Shown here piece by piece: positions 11,001 to 20,084 of a stretch of 64,000 bases of DNA. The notes beneath the pieces were generated by a model. That model searched no databases. It worked only from the letters and a program-made list of their open reading frames with translations, and had not been told where the DNA came from. Both the position numbers and the translations under genes were made by a program. This DNA comes from an uncultured Pseudomonadota bacterium. GTDB lineage: Bacteria > Oederibacteriota > Muellerivitia > Muellerivitales > Muellerivitaceae. The stretch is from positions 736,001 through 800,000 of the forward strand of contig CAWIIP010000004.1 in assembly GCA_963836235.1 (NCBI GenBank), written 5' to 3'. The stretch's first letter is position 1, and every line of letters starts with the position of its first letter.

Positions 11001-11048
11001 GATTCCAAGGGTAAAACTTTGGTGAGCTACTTGGGACCGGATTTCTAA
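8025..11048 (+). CDS. Clan GH-A glycoside hydrolase (GH42/GH5-like), multi-domain, no signal peptide
   Basis: Acid/base motif WDFINEP, candidate nucleophile FLAQETG, GH42-like FIEYLKKKHGDIETLRVRWN, GINMVRTG strand, GATase-like N- and C-terminal domains. Confidence 0.7.
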   Translation: MILLFNEPDFPTFGTLPLPLALLKKSLASAGPVTVVGLEGLRDLDPLKVDLVVLPYGSAFPKDAWEGLYGYFLKGGNLLALGGRPLEVPVRKVGNKWEVEPTQTAYYQSLGIEQLNRVPIARVKKHQAVPGEESLQGLSFGPMESHSLMPRFTEADEENRTGSTGPMDGELKPLLWGLDDRGRRVSCPAALIDRYQGRFAGGRWAFLAADLPRWSDSLAQMISRLALASKGGSLQVTLRPGLACYQPGSQPVLNLWVRGHEFQDRNLQVDYQVFQENEKVYSQSLKVSVKRASHYQTMSLPITVEPGLYRIEARVSVNGRYSHTLQQGFWGWDGNLLKSAPVITVQGTRFLKDGKTIPVIGTTYMAGDVSRKFITMPNPMVWDGDMAEMEASGINMVRTGVWAAHRQVALDAGNSREDVLCSMDAFILTSLKHGLAVTFNFFSFIPDMFPSDHPYLDPRALSLQREYMLSFIQRYASIPSVMWDFINEPSVTNPEALWKTRPLPGKLEKTAFIEYLKKKHGDIETLRVRWNMTPEELCSWDQVELPNENDFAEPWAPGSHLVRSPRAYDFNRFGQEIFANWVKGHVAVLKEATNQLFCVGQDEGGVSSKRPNNHLFHEPLDFACNHTWWEIEDMVTGVTAARVKGKPFLAQETGIMFSDNLNRMKRRTEEEAGKLFERKLAASFMGGAGFIQWCWNINQFMSDRNEVHIGAYRVDKTARPEALVMQAFGEFFQKATPYLQEEPEEATVAVVESLTGLLSSKSHTQSAQRMAHRVLAALRIPVHTLAEHEFDRLTGEKTILFPSVKRLGGQAIKGWMKAAKGRTLWVSGPVAQDGWGLATEGLSPFGVSEKRVEVLPEEALDMKSVKLTLNYGTHKTGITDKDASLPSQLHRISKNGSVLYYSPVPVEANDQRSSVEIFYRYLSAVSKVKPYCELKGAGFFEVTVLPRRFSKTSLYIALNESSENQIVQIKDNRFGFKAVLRIPSGRSAMTIFDSKGKTLVSYLGPDF

Positions 11049-11099
11049 ATTAGTGACAAAAAGCATTAAGCTTTTATCTTTTCTTTTTGGGGGTGTTTT

Positions 11100-13043
11100 G
11101 TGATTGGGAAATTTATGCTGGTGTTTTTGGCCGTTCTATCCATGGCTTCCATGGTTGACGCGAAGCTGAAGCTGCCCGCCTTGATTAGCGACCACATGAT
11201 TCTCCAAAGAGGGAAGCCGGTTGTCTGGGGTTGGTCGGATGCGGGCCAAACCATCACGGTTTCATTGGGCGGAAAAAGTGCCCAAGCGGTTGCCGATAGT
11301 GACGGTAAATGGAAGGCGGTTCTTTCAATCCCTAAGGCGGGTGGGCCCTATGACATGGTCATCCAAGGATCTGAGGCAGTTACGGTTTCAGATGTTTTAG
11401 TGGGCGACGTTTGGATCGGTTCCGGCCAGTCCAACATGGAGTTCGCTATGAAGACTTCTAGCGACGCGGATAAGGAAATCCCCCTAGCCGATATCCCCCA
11501 AATCCGTCTTTTCAAGTTGGAACACGCGGCTTCTTTCACGCCGCTGGAGGACGTCCAGGGCTCCTGGAGTCTTTGCGCGCCCGCTTCGATCCCCGACTTC
11601 TCGGCCGTGGCTTATTATTTCGGAAAGAATATCCATGAGGCACTCAAAATCCCGGTGGGTCTGGTGGAAAGTTGTTGGGCAGGGACAGCTGCCGAAGCTT
11701 GGACTCCTCGCCAGGCGTTGGATTCTGTTCCTGACTTGGCCCCCCTTTTGAAAGATTGGGACAACAACCAGGTTCAGATAAAGACTTGGACCCAAGGAAA
11801 TAATTTTGAATTGTGGCTGTCCGACATTAAGTTCATTCCCAAGGATCCCAAGGATAAAATCCTGGTGGTTTCGCCGGTCCAAGTGAAGGATGTATTGGGT
11901 GGTTCTTGGTTCACCTCTGCGAAGCCTGGCTCCCAGGCTGCTGTGACGGCAATCGGCAAGGCCTTTTCTGGAAATGGTTTGGCAGTTCATTTTACGGGAA
12001 TGATGCAGGGGGGCGGGTGGGGCGGGCTTGCCACCAACCTTGCGGCGGCTCCTATCGACTTGAGCCGTTATGAGACCGTGGAATTTTACGCCAAGGGATC
12101 GGGTCAATTCCGCCTAACCTTGGGACAGCCGTCCATCGCCGATTACGATTATTACGCCATGAAGGACTCCTTTGACGCTACGCCCGATTGGAAGTTAATG
12201 CATGTTGCCATTGCCGATTTGCAACAAGGGGGATGGGGGATACCCAAACCCTTTACGCCAGAATCGATAACCACCTTTAACTTTTCGGTCCAGGTTCCCT
12301 TTTGGCCGGATATTCCAGCGGTCGTTTACAACGGTATGGCCGCCCCCCTGACGCCCATGCGGATCAAGGGCGTTCTTTGGTACCAGGGGGAATCGAACAC
12401 GGGAAGGGCCACCCAATACCCATTAGTTTTGTCGGCATTAATTCAAAGCTGGCGTAAAGCCTGGAATGAGGGGAACTTTCCATTTGTTATCTTCCAACTT
12501 CCGAATTTTATGGCGGTCCAGTCTCAACCTTCCGAAAGCGGGTGGGCCGAACTCCGGGATGCCCAACTTCAAGTTTCGCAAACCGAACCCAAAACTGGTT
12601 TGGTGACTACCATCGATTTAGGGGAAGCGAACAACCTCCACCCGAAGGACAAAACTGACGTGGGTTACCGTGCTTCCTTATCGGTCTTGAGTCTCGCCTA
12701 TCACAAACCAGTCGTTGGATCGGGTCCTCTTTTTTATTCCGCCAAAGTCAAGGGCGGGAAAGTCATTTTAAGTTTTAAAAATATCGGGAAGGGCTTGGTG
12801 ACAAAGGATGGGGGGCCGGTGACCGGATTTGCCTTGGCGGGAGTTGACCAAAAATTTTATTGGGCGACCGCCCAAATCAAGGGTAAGTTGGTGGTTGTTT
12901 CATGCGACCAAGTTCCGCAGCCCCAAAAAATCCGTTATGCCTGGGCTGATAATCCCATCTGTAATCTTGCGAGTGAAGGCGGATTGACCGCTTCGCCTTT
13001 TAGGGCCGATATTCCAACGGTTTTACAAAAGGAAAAAAACTGA
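11100..13043 (+). CDS. Secreted sialate O-acetylesterase (SASA)/CE20-like carbohydrate esterase with inserted CBM-like domain
   Basis: Signal peptide, GDVWIGSGQSNME, GVLWYQGESN, QLPNF, DLGEANNLHPKDK, RYAWADNP. Confidence 0.85.
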   Translation: MIGKFMLVFLAVLSMASMVDAKLKLPALISDHMILQRGKPVVWGWSDAGQTITVSLGGKSAQAVADSDGKWKAVLSIPKAGGPYDMVIQGSEAVTVSDVLVGDVWIGSGQSNMEFAMKTSSDADKEIPLADIPQIRLFKLEHAASFTPLEDVQGSWSLCAPASIPDFSAVAYYFGKNIHEALKIPVGLVESCWAGTAAEAWTPRQALDSVPDLAPLLKDWDNNQVQIKTWTQGNNFELWLSDIKFIPKDPKDKILVVSPVQVKDVLGGSWFTSAKPGSQAAVTAIGKAFSGNGLAVHFTGMMQGGGWGGLATNLAAAPIDLSRYETVEFYAKGSGQFRLTLGQPSIADYDYYAMKDSFDATPDWKLMHVAIADLQQGGWGIPKPFTPESITTFNFSVQVPFWPDIPAVVYNGMAAPLTPMRIKGVLWYQGESNTGRATQYPLVLSALIQSWRKAWNEGNFPFVIFQLPNFMAVQSQPSESGWAELRDAQLQVSQTEPKTGLVTTIDLGEANNLHPKDKTDVGYRASLSVLSLAYHKPVVGSGPLFYSAKVKGGKVILSFKNIGKGLVTKDGGPVTGFALAGVDQKFYWATAQIKGKLVVVSCDQVPQPQKIRYAWADNPICNLASEGGLTASPFRADIPTVLQKEKN

Positions 13044-13175
13044 AACTCAGCCGAAACATTCCAAGGTTTTTGCGATTAACTGAATTTCAATTCCTGGTTG
13101 TTCATTTTTACTTTTAAACAGACCTGCTATACACTTCAGTCATACCTCTTTAAAGTTTTCTGAAAATCATAGGTT

Positions 13176-13203
13176 TTGAATTTTCTGAAACCGGTTACAT
13201 AAT
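13176..13203 (+). promoter_or_regulatory. Putative sigma70 promoter overlapped by a LacI/cre-type operator
   Basis: TTGAAT-16 nt-CATAAT, with TGAAACCGGTTACA (13186-13199) matching TGWAANCGNTTWCA. Confidence 0.5.
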
Positions 13204-13218
13204 TGAAATTGTTGGGGG

Positions 13219-16200
13219 TTGGAAAGTATTCGAACAATGATGAGAAGTTATCTTTTAAAACGATTTAAAGCTGAACGAGTCAGCCAAATAAACACCCGAC
13301 TCTTGTTCTTTTTCTCCCTCTTCATTTTTTCCCTCGTGGTTTTACCTTCTGTGGTTTTTTCCCAGTGCACACCTACGTCAGCCACCTTTTGCGGTGGGTT
13401 TGACGATTATGGCGTTGTTTGGATTAATGGGAATCAAATCGCCGTTTCCATGGGAGGCGTCGGCTATAACAGCGGCCAATCGGTGCCCTGCGTTACCGTA
13501 CCCGCAAGTGATTTGGTAGCCGGGACCAACGTCATTGCCGTCCAAGCCTATAATTCCGCCTGTTGCTACAATTGGGCTACCTGGTCCCTTGCCATTGGAA
13601 TGTCGAATGGTTCCACGGCCAACGTCACCAGTAGCAGCGGCAATGTTCAGATATATAACCAACCGACGGCCAGCGGCCCACCGCCGCCCAACAGCGGGGC
13701 AACTACGTGGTGGGCTCCCGGTTATGTCCCATCCGGATGGGCCGCACCGGTGACTGTTGTTTATCCCCCGGCTTTTTATCTTTTGCCCGCCCCCAATCCC
13801 ATTGGTGGCGGGCTTCTTCCACCGTTGGGCGCGGACCTAGACGGTGGGAACGGAACCAGCACTTCTGGAACTTTCAACGGACAAAATGCGAACGCTTCTA
13901 TTTATTACCTGCAGACGTTCAATATTTCGACCAGTTGCCCTACCGCGACTCCCGTGCCCGACCTTAGCATTACCAAATCTTTCTTGGGTACTGCCCCTTC
14001 GGATGTGGGCGCCAATACACCGGTCACTTACGTGGTGAAGACCTGCAATTCGGGTGGGCCCGTTTCGGGACCGGTCACCGTAGGGGACAGCCTTTTCAAT
14101 ACCTCCAGTGGTAATAACTTTTTTATGACAAATATTTGTTACAACGTCTGGCAACAAGACACGCCGAATTGCGGTTATGGATTCACGAACGCTCCCGATG
14201 GGCCCAATGCTTTTGGCTCTAGTTCAGCAATATCTTGGGCCTATCCTATCGGCTTCCCAGGTTATGGGTTTTGCGATTCCGTAACCATTACGGTTCAGAG
14301 CTATTCCGCGGGGTCGGCTTGCAGCATACTCAACAATGCCGTACTGACCGCAAACGGCATTGGTCCGATTACTTCCAACACTGTTAGTTTTAGTACCAGC
14401 AACAATCCATGTTCTCCAGTTCCGACCCTGACTCCGACTAATACTCCGACGTCCATACCTACCAATACCCCGACACCTACGAATACACCAACCAATACAC
14501 CGACCAGGACTCCAACCCCAACCCCGACTATTACCCCGACCAACACGCCGACACTCACGCCGACGAATACACCTACCCCTACTCGAACTAACACTCCGAC
14601 TAATACGCCAACTTTAACTCCCACAAACACCCCTACTCCAACACCTACGAATACGCCGACACTCACACCAACCAATACTCCCACTATGACTCCTACTAAT
14701 ATACCCACTAAAACTCCAACAAATACACCTACCAATACCCCTACTCCAACACCTACGAACACACCTACGAATACGCCTACCCGGACACCTACTCCGACTC
14801 TAACGAATACTCCGACCAACACCCAGGTTAATACCGTAACTAGCACCACGACTAACACGGTGACAGCTTCTGTGACTAACACCACTACTAAAACCACAAC
14901 AGCTACCACCACGAACACCGCCACCCATACTCCCACTCCAACGCCCACGAATACTCCTACTCCGACTCGGACTAACACTCCAACAAATACCTCTACGAAT
15001 ACGGCTACCAATACGATTACGATGACACCGACGAATACGGATATCATCACGCCGACATTTACGAGTACCCCAACAAACACGCCTACTTCGACGATTACAA
15101 ATACACCTACCCCTACTCGTACCAACACCGCAACGAACACCCCGACCAACACGGCCACGAATACCCCTACCAATACGTCGACACCTACGCCCACTAATAC
15201 AACCACGAACACACCCACCCGGACCCCGACACCGACTCCGTCAAATACACCCACCAATACCGCTACGAATACCCGGACTAACACTCCCACGAATACCCCG
15301 ACACCCACTACTACAAACACGCCCACAAACACACCTACGAATACGGCTACTCCGACGCCGACTAAAACTCTTACCAATACCCCTACGCTGACGCCGACGA
15401 ATACGCTGGCAAATAGCGCGACGAATACCCCGACCAATACCCCGACCAATACCCCGACCAGTACACCCACCAATACCGCTACTCCGACCTCCACGAGCAC
15501 ACCTACCAACACCAAGACCAATACCTCAACCAGTACGCCCACCAATACCGCTACTCCAACCTCCACAAGCACACCCACCAACACCAAGACCAATACACCG
15601 ACAAGTACTCCGACACTTACGGCCACCAACACTCCGACGAATACTTCCACGAATAGTCCAACCAATACCCCTACGCTGACGCCGACGAATACGCTGGCGA
15701 ATACCGCGACGAATACTCCGACTAACACCTCAACCAGTACACCCACCAATACCGCTACTCCGACCTCCACGACCAGTCCTACAAATACTCCTACACTGAC
15801 GCCTACCAATACGCTGGCGAATACCGCAACCAATACGCCCACCAACACCGAAACTTCGACTTTTACTAATACTCCTACGAATACAGTCACGGCGACTGCC
15901 ACGAATACCGCTACCAATAGCGCGACCCACACCCCGACTAGTACCTTTACTTCCACCGTGACGTCCACGGCAACATCCACTCCCACGAATAGTCATACGT
16001 CCACGCCTACCTTCAGCCCCACGAACAGCGCTACTTCCACACTGACCGCGACCTTTACTTCCACCCCCACGCCGCCGGCGGAAGTGACCCTGAATAAAAC
16101 CGTTTCATCTACTTCGGTGCAGGATGGAGGTGCCTTGACCTATAGCCTGAACCTTATGGTTACTGGGAGTAGCACTTCAGGGGTGGTAGTGACGGACACT

Positions 16201-17370
16201 CTTCCAGCCAATGTGGCCTACGTGGGTCCTGGGGCCAATAACCCCTCCAGCCTACCGACACCGGTGTATAACCCGACGCTGGATAATTTGACCTGGGTTC
16301 TACCGGTGTTGGCTCCCGGAAACTATGAACTTTCCTATAAGACACAGGTGAACAACACCGTGGCGGCGGGGACGATATTGACGAACCGGGCGGTGATGAC
16401 ACAGCCGGGTTCAGAGCCGGTTACCAGCGCGGTGCCGGTGACGGTTTACGGGTCTTATACGGTGAAGATAGGGGTGTACAACGAGGCCGGGGAACTGATC
16501 GATACCATCTTGACGGAACAATTATCCGCGCCTATTCAGAATATCGTGCTTGCGTCCAGCAACGCGATTACGAGCCTGAACGGGCCTAATAACGCGGTGA
16601 CGATTTATTCTGGAGGAATGCCGATTGGAGTCTGGAACGGGTTGACATCAGGAGGGACCCCGGCCAGTAACGGTATCTACTACGTGAAAGTGGACAATCT
16701 CAGCCCAACAGGAGCGGAGATCAGTACGACCCAACAGGTGACGGTGAGCCGGACGCTTTATACGTCGACAATCTTGATTTACAACGAGGCGGGGGAAGTG
16801 GTGAAGCACCTTTATGCCTATACGGACGACCCGGGTCCGGCGGGGGTGGGATCGGTACAGTTGTCGGCGACAGTGATTCAGCCGGGATCCCCAGGTCCCG
16901 GGACACCCAGCCAGCTGACGATCAGTTTGAGCAATGGGACGACAGTGGTGTGGGATGGGACGAGCGACAGTGGTAGCTATGTTCAGAGCGGGCAGTACCT
17001 AGTGGAAGTCCACACGACGAATGGGACGGGTGGGGAGGAGACGGTGGTGAAAACGGTGATGGTGAATGACCGTAACACTACGATGGGCGCTGGAACAGTG
17101 ACAGCTGGACCAAATGTGTTGAAAGCTTCAAATGGAATATTGACGACGACATTCCGAACAGACTCGTCCCAGAGCCTGACATTGGAAGTGTCGATATACA
17201 CGGTAGCGGGTGAATTGGTGACGAAGGTTGTGGGACAAGCGGGAACCGACCAGGCGACTTGGAACGCTTCAGGTGTCGCCAGCGGTCTTTATCTCGCGGT
17301 GGTGGATTTGACCAATCCCAACGGAAACTCACTCGGCAGGCAAATACTAAAGGTCTTGATCCTGCGTTAA
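13219..17370 (+). CDS. Large secreted Thr/Pro-stalk surface protein A: lectin-like head, DUF11-like domains, TPTN stalk, FlgD-Ig/T9SS-CTD-like C-terminus
   Basis: Signal peptide ending VFS|QC, jelly-roll-like [23 protein letters not shown]11-like DLSITKS and [20 protein letters not shown], three YxxAGE(L/V) Ig repeats, terminal ASGLYL..KVLILR. Start may be ATG 13237/13240. Confidence 0.8.
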   Translation: MESIRTMMRSYLLKRFKAERVSQINTRLLFFFSLFIFSLVVLPSVVFSQCTPTSATFCGGFDDYGVVWINGNQIAVSMGGVGYNSGQSVPCVTVPASDLVAGTNVIAVQAYNSACCYNWATWSLAIGMSNGSTANVTSSSGNVQIYNQPTASGPPPPNSGATTWWAPGYVPSGWAAPVTVVYPPAFYLLPAPNPIGGGLLPPLGADLDGGNGTSTSGTFNGQNANASIYYLQTFNISTSCPTATPVPDLSITKSFLGTAPSDVGANTPVTYVVKTCNSGGPVSGPVTVGDSLFNTSSGNNFFMTNICYNVWQQDTPNCGYGFTNAPDGPNAFGSSSAISWAYPIGFPGYGFCDSVTITVQSYSAGSACSILNNAVLTANGIGPITSNTVSFSTSNNPCSPVPTLTPTNTPTSIPTNTPTPTNTPTNTPTRTPTPTPTITPTNTPTLTPTNTPTPTRTNTPTNTPTLTPTNTPTPTPTNTPTLTPTNTPTMTPTNIPTKTPTNTPTNTPTPTPTNTPTNTPTRTPTPTLTNTPTNTQVNTVTSTTTNTVTASVTNTTTKTTTATTTNTATHTPTPTPTNTPTPTRTNTPTNTSTNTATNTITMTPTNTDIITPTFTSTPTNTPTSTITNTPTPTRTNTATNTPTNTATNTPTNTSTPTPTNTTTNTPTRTPTPTPSNTPTNTATNTRTNTPTNTPTPTTTNTPTNTPTNTATPTPTKTLTNTPTLTPTNTLANSATNTPTNTPTNTPTSTPTNTATPTSTSTPTNTKTNTSTSTPTNTATPTSTSTPTNTKTNTPTSTPTLTATNTPTNTSTNSPTNTPTLTPTNTLANTATNTPTNTSTSTPTNTATPTSTTSPTNTPTLTPTNTLANTATNTPTNTETSTFTNTPTNTVTATATNTATNSATHTPTSTFTSTVTSTATSTPTNSHTSTPTFSPTNSATSTLTATFTSTPTPPAEVTLNKTVSSTSVQDGGALTYSLNLMVTGSSTSGVVVTDTLPANVAYVGPGANNPSSLPTPVYNPTLDNLTWVLPVLAPGNYELSYKTQVNNTVAAGTILTNRAVMTQPGSEPVTSAVPVTVYGSYTVKIGVYNEAGELIDTILTEQLSAPIQNIVLASSNAITSLNGPNNAVTIYSGGMPIGVWNGLTSGGTPASNGIYYVKVDNLSPTGAEISTTQQVTVSRTLYTSTILIYNEAGEVVKHLYAYTDDPGPAGVGSVQLSATVIQPGSPGPGTPSQLTISLSNGTTVVWDGTSDSGSYVQSGQYLVEVHTTNGTGGEETVVKTVMVNDRNTTMGAGTVTAGPNVLKASNGILTTTFRTDSSQSLTLEVSIYTVAGELVTKVVGQAGTDQATWNASGVASGLYLAVVDLTNPNGNSLGRQILKVLILR
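14420..16075 (+). repeat. Low-complexity coding repeat encoding a (TPTN)n mucin-like stalk of ~550 aa
   Basis: Degenerate 6/12-nt codon repeats (acc aat acc ccg and variants). Confidence 0.9.
15538..17252 (+). repeat. Direct repeat copy 1 (~1715 bp), apparently identical to 22515-24229
   Basis: Constant 6977-bp offset where checked. Antisense ORFs are identical in both copies. Nearest mismatches at 15537/22514 and 17253/24230. Confidence 0.85.
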
Positions 17371-17414
17371 CAGAGTATCAAAAAATGATTGTCACTTTGC
17401 TTGAAACCCGTCAA

Positions 17415-18581
17415 CTAATTTTTAGAAAGCTTTTCAAGCATTGAGTTGGCTTCGTTCAAGAGCGGATGGCCTTCCTGGAAAAGTGACCTCAATATCCCGA
17501 TGGATTGTTTTAGGTTTTCCTGGGCCAAGGCTCTTTTGCCGAGAGTCGTCTCGACTTCCGCCAACCGCATGAGGTCGATGGCTACTTGTGGATGATGGAG
17601 GCCGAAAACCTTTTTTTCAGCCATCAGGGCGTTTTGCCATAAAACCTCCTCGGCTTGGGGATCGCCTGCGCCCTGGTAAGCTTTGGCAAGCCGTTTCATA
17701 TAGGGAAGAGCCGGATACTCCATATAAGTTCCCACTAAAGGTTTGTCTATTTTGAGGGCTGACTCATAAAGGGGTTTGGCTTTTTCGTTTTGATTTTGGG
17801 AATGATAAAAGTCACCCAGGTTTTCCATGGCATCCGCCAAATGAACGTCATTGGAGGGGAAGTTCTTTTGCGCGTAAGCTAAAGCCTCTTGAAGAGTGGA
17901 TTCAGATTTAGGAATAAAGCCTTCGCGCCGATAGGTTTCGGCCAGGTTGTTGAAAAGATGGAGCGTTAAGTCGGGATCGGCATTTGTGTTTTTATCCTGC
18001 GCCATAACTGCTTTTTCGAAGAGGGACTGGGCTGAGATGTTATTCTTAAGGTTGATCTCAACCCTTCCTAAAAGTTCAAGGGATTGAGCAAAGGCCAAAG
18101 GGGTACTCGAGGAATTTTCTTGGCGTGTGGAGAGAGATCTTTTTTCCAAAACCTCCGCCTCTTGAAAACGCCCCAAGTCGTTGTAAAGCGCCGCCAGTTG
18201 GTCCTGGGAATCCGCAACAGATAAGTCTTTCGGGCCCAGATTTTTTTCCCTGAGGGCTAAGCCCCATTTGATTTCCTCCTCGGCTTTTCCGTATTCGGCC
18301 AAATAGCGATGGAGACTTGCCGAGTCATTAAGGATTGGAACCAACAGTGGGTGAATCGGGCCATAGCGGTCTTGGGCAATTCTTAATGCTTTTTCCTCGG
18401 ATAAGATGGCTTGGTGGAATTTTCCTTCCCGAACTTGATAAACGGCCATCGTGCGTGAGACACCAAAAACACCCTCATCTATCAATGGTTCAGCGGCAGA
18501 GGCCAAGCCAACGCACTCTATCCAAAGGATGGTTAGCATGGTGAATATGCCCATATCCCGGTTAATTTGACCGCAAGTCAT
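17415..18581 (-). CDS. Secreted tetratricopeptide-repeat protein (kinesin-light-chain-type TPR)
   Basis: Repeats such as GPIHPLLVPILNDSASL, VADSQDQLAALYNDLGRFQEAE and LADAMENLGDFY, plus an N-terminal hydrophobic segment. ATGA overlap with the upstream gene. Confidence 0.85.
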   Translation of the reverse strand: MTCGQINRDMGIFTMLTILWIECVGLASAAEPLIDEGVFGVSRTMAVYQVREGKFHQAILSEEKALRIAQDRYGPIHPLLVPILNDSASLHRYLAEYGKAEEEIKWGLALREKNLGPKDLSVADSQDQLAALYNDLGRFQEAEVLEKRSLSTRQENSSSTPLAFAQSLELLGRVEINLKNNISAQSLFEKAVMAQDKNTNADPDLTLHLFNNLAETYRREGFIPKSESTLQEALAYAQKNFPSNDVHLADAMENLGDFYHSQNQNEKAKPLYESALKIDKPLVGTYMEYPALPYMKRLAKAYQGAGDPQAEEVLWQNALMAEKKVFGLHHPQVAIDLMRLAEVETTLGKRALAQENLKQSIGILRSLFQEGHPLLNEANSMLEKLSKN

Positions 18582-19798
18582 TGCTGGAATCCTTTATCGT
18601 CATCCAAGGGCATGGGGGTAGGAACCAATTGTAGTGGGTCCCCAAAGGGATTGATGTGGCAGGACGGCCCCAGTGTGCCGATGTTGGCATCTCTTTCAAA
18701 TTCATCGAGCCAATTTGAAGCTGAACCGCCATCAATGGAATATACCTCTCTCGAAAGGTGGGGGCCCCCATCAAAGGTCAAGTTAGCCGCGTCGGGAAGG
18801 CCGCCGGAATTACCGACGTCGGAGAGAACGTAACAATCTTCACAACCGGGTGAATTCTTGGAAGGGTGCCCCGAGTCGGTTTGAAAAACTAAAAACCAAC
18901 ATTCGGGCGAGAAGTTAGAGGTTCTTGAATCATCGAAACCGACTGTCACCCACTGGAAGTTCGTGTCGGCTTTAGCCGGAATAAGGGCAACTCCTGAATG
19001 GACTGGAAAGGTTTTGTGGATTTGGAATTCGTTTTTCAGAATAAGATAATTCAACGGATATCTGGGGTTTCCTTGCTTTTTAACCCGCAAAACGAAGCTC
19101 GTAGCCTGAAAACCACAATGAAAGTGCAAGGCTTGTCCCTGGAGTATTTGGTGGGTCTTATCGTTAGACCCTTCGTTTCCGCAGATGGGCCGGAGCCCCG
19201 GGTCGTCGTAGGGATTTCCCTGGGATTGTTTCCCTTCACCATAAACCACATAGACGGGTTCTTGATTCAGCTCCTTCCAATGATTGTCTTTGAAAAGCAT
19301 TACGTTTGCGGCGGGATCAGGGCTACCGTCATTAGGATGAGAGTGGTTCATAACATCGGTCGACAGGAAGGAAGCGTAATTGGAAGGACCAATTACGCCC
19401 ACGGCGTGGTCGCCTCCCCTTTTGACATCCTGCTCCAAAACCAAGTGATAGACTTTTCCTTTTAAGAGGGGCTGGGGATCCAGGGGGATGGTGGTCCAAC
19501 TATGGGGGCAGGGAATGTAGCTGGAAAAGGCAAGAAGTTCTCCAGAAGGCGATCCGTTATCGTCCGACTGTAGGCTCACCTGATAGGCGGGCGGTTTCGA
19601 TGCAGCCACGCAATAGACGGCTACGGCCGATAAATTCATATTGTCTTGGCAGGTAAATCGGAAAGAGAGTTTCGTGTCGGAAGTGTCGAGGATGTTGGAA
19701 AGTCTTTTATTGGCAACGAACCAGTTGCCAAAATCAGCCCAAGCCCCGGAGGCTACCAACAGAAAGGTGCCGAAAAAAATATATTTTAAAAAAGACAT
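18578..19798 (-). CDS. Secreted hypothetical protein, probably two tandem beta-sandwich domains
   Basis: 406-aa ORF, signal peptide ending AWA, two similar halves (W-x-x-I/V ... Y/W-x-LV). Confidence 0.6.
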   Translation of the reverse strand: MSFLKYIFFGTFLLVASGAWADFGNWFVANKRLSNILDTSDTKLSFRFTCQDNMNLSAVAVYCVAASKPPAYQVSLQSDDNGSPSGELLAFSSYIPCPHSWTTIPLDPQPLLKGKVYHLVLEQDVKRGGDHAVGVIGPSNYASFLSTDVMNHSHPNDGSPDPAANVMLFKDNHWKELNQEPVYVVYGEGKQSQGNPYDDPGLRPICGNEGSNDKTHQILQGQALHFHCGFQATSFVLRVKKQGNPRYPLNYLILKNEFQIHKTFPVHSGVALIPAKADTNFQWVTVGFDDSRTSNFSPECWFLVFQTDSGHPSKNSPGCEDCYVLSDVGNSGGLPDAANLTFDGGPHLSREVYSIDGGSASNWLDEFERDANIGTLGPSCHINPFGDPLQLVPTPMPLDDDKGFQQ

Positions 19799-20084
19799 GC
19801 TTCATCCTAGCATATTTCAAGATGGTCCAGAGCCGATGGGTAAGGGTTGAACACAATGTATTTGAGGAGTTTTACGACTATTTAGGCGTGAGCGAATTGA
19901 AAATGATTTAGAGTGGGGACCAATGCAGATGGGCTAAATGGTTTAAAAAATCTTCAAATGCTTAAATTCGGTGATAAAACAGCTAAAATCCTCAAATGGC
20001 TGGAACAAACTTGTCGGGTGATTTCGGAAAAAGGGTGATAAAATATATGGTATTTTAAGGATAAAGTATTAACTGGGTGAAAAA

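Noticed and set aside
14301-15986. Long Val/Gly-rich minus-strand ORFs (also 21083-22963)
   Set aside because: Antisense shadows of the Thr/Pro/Asn codon repeats on the plus strand.
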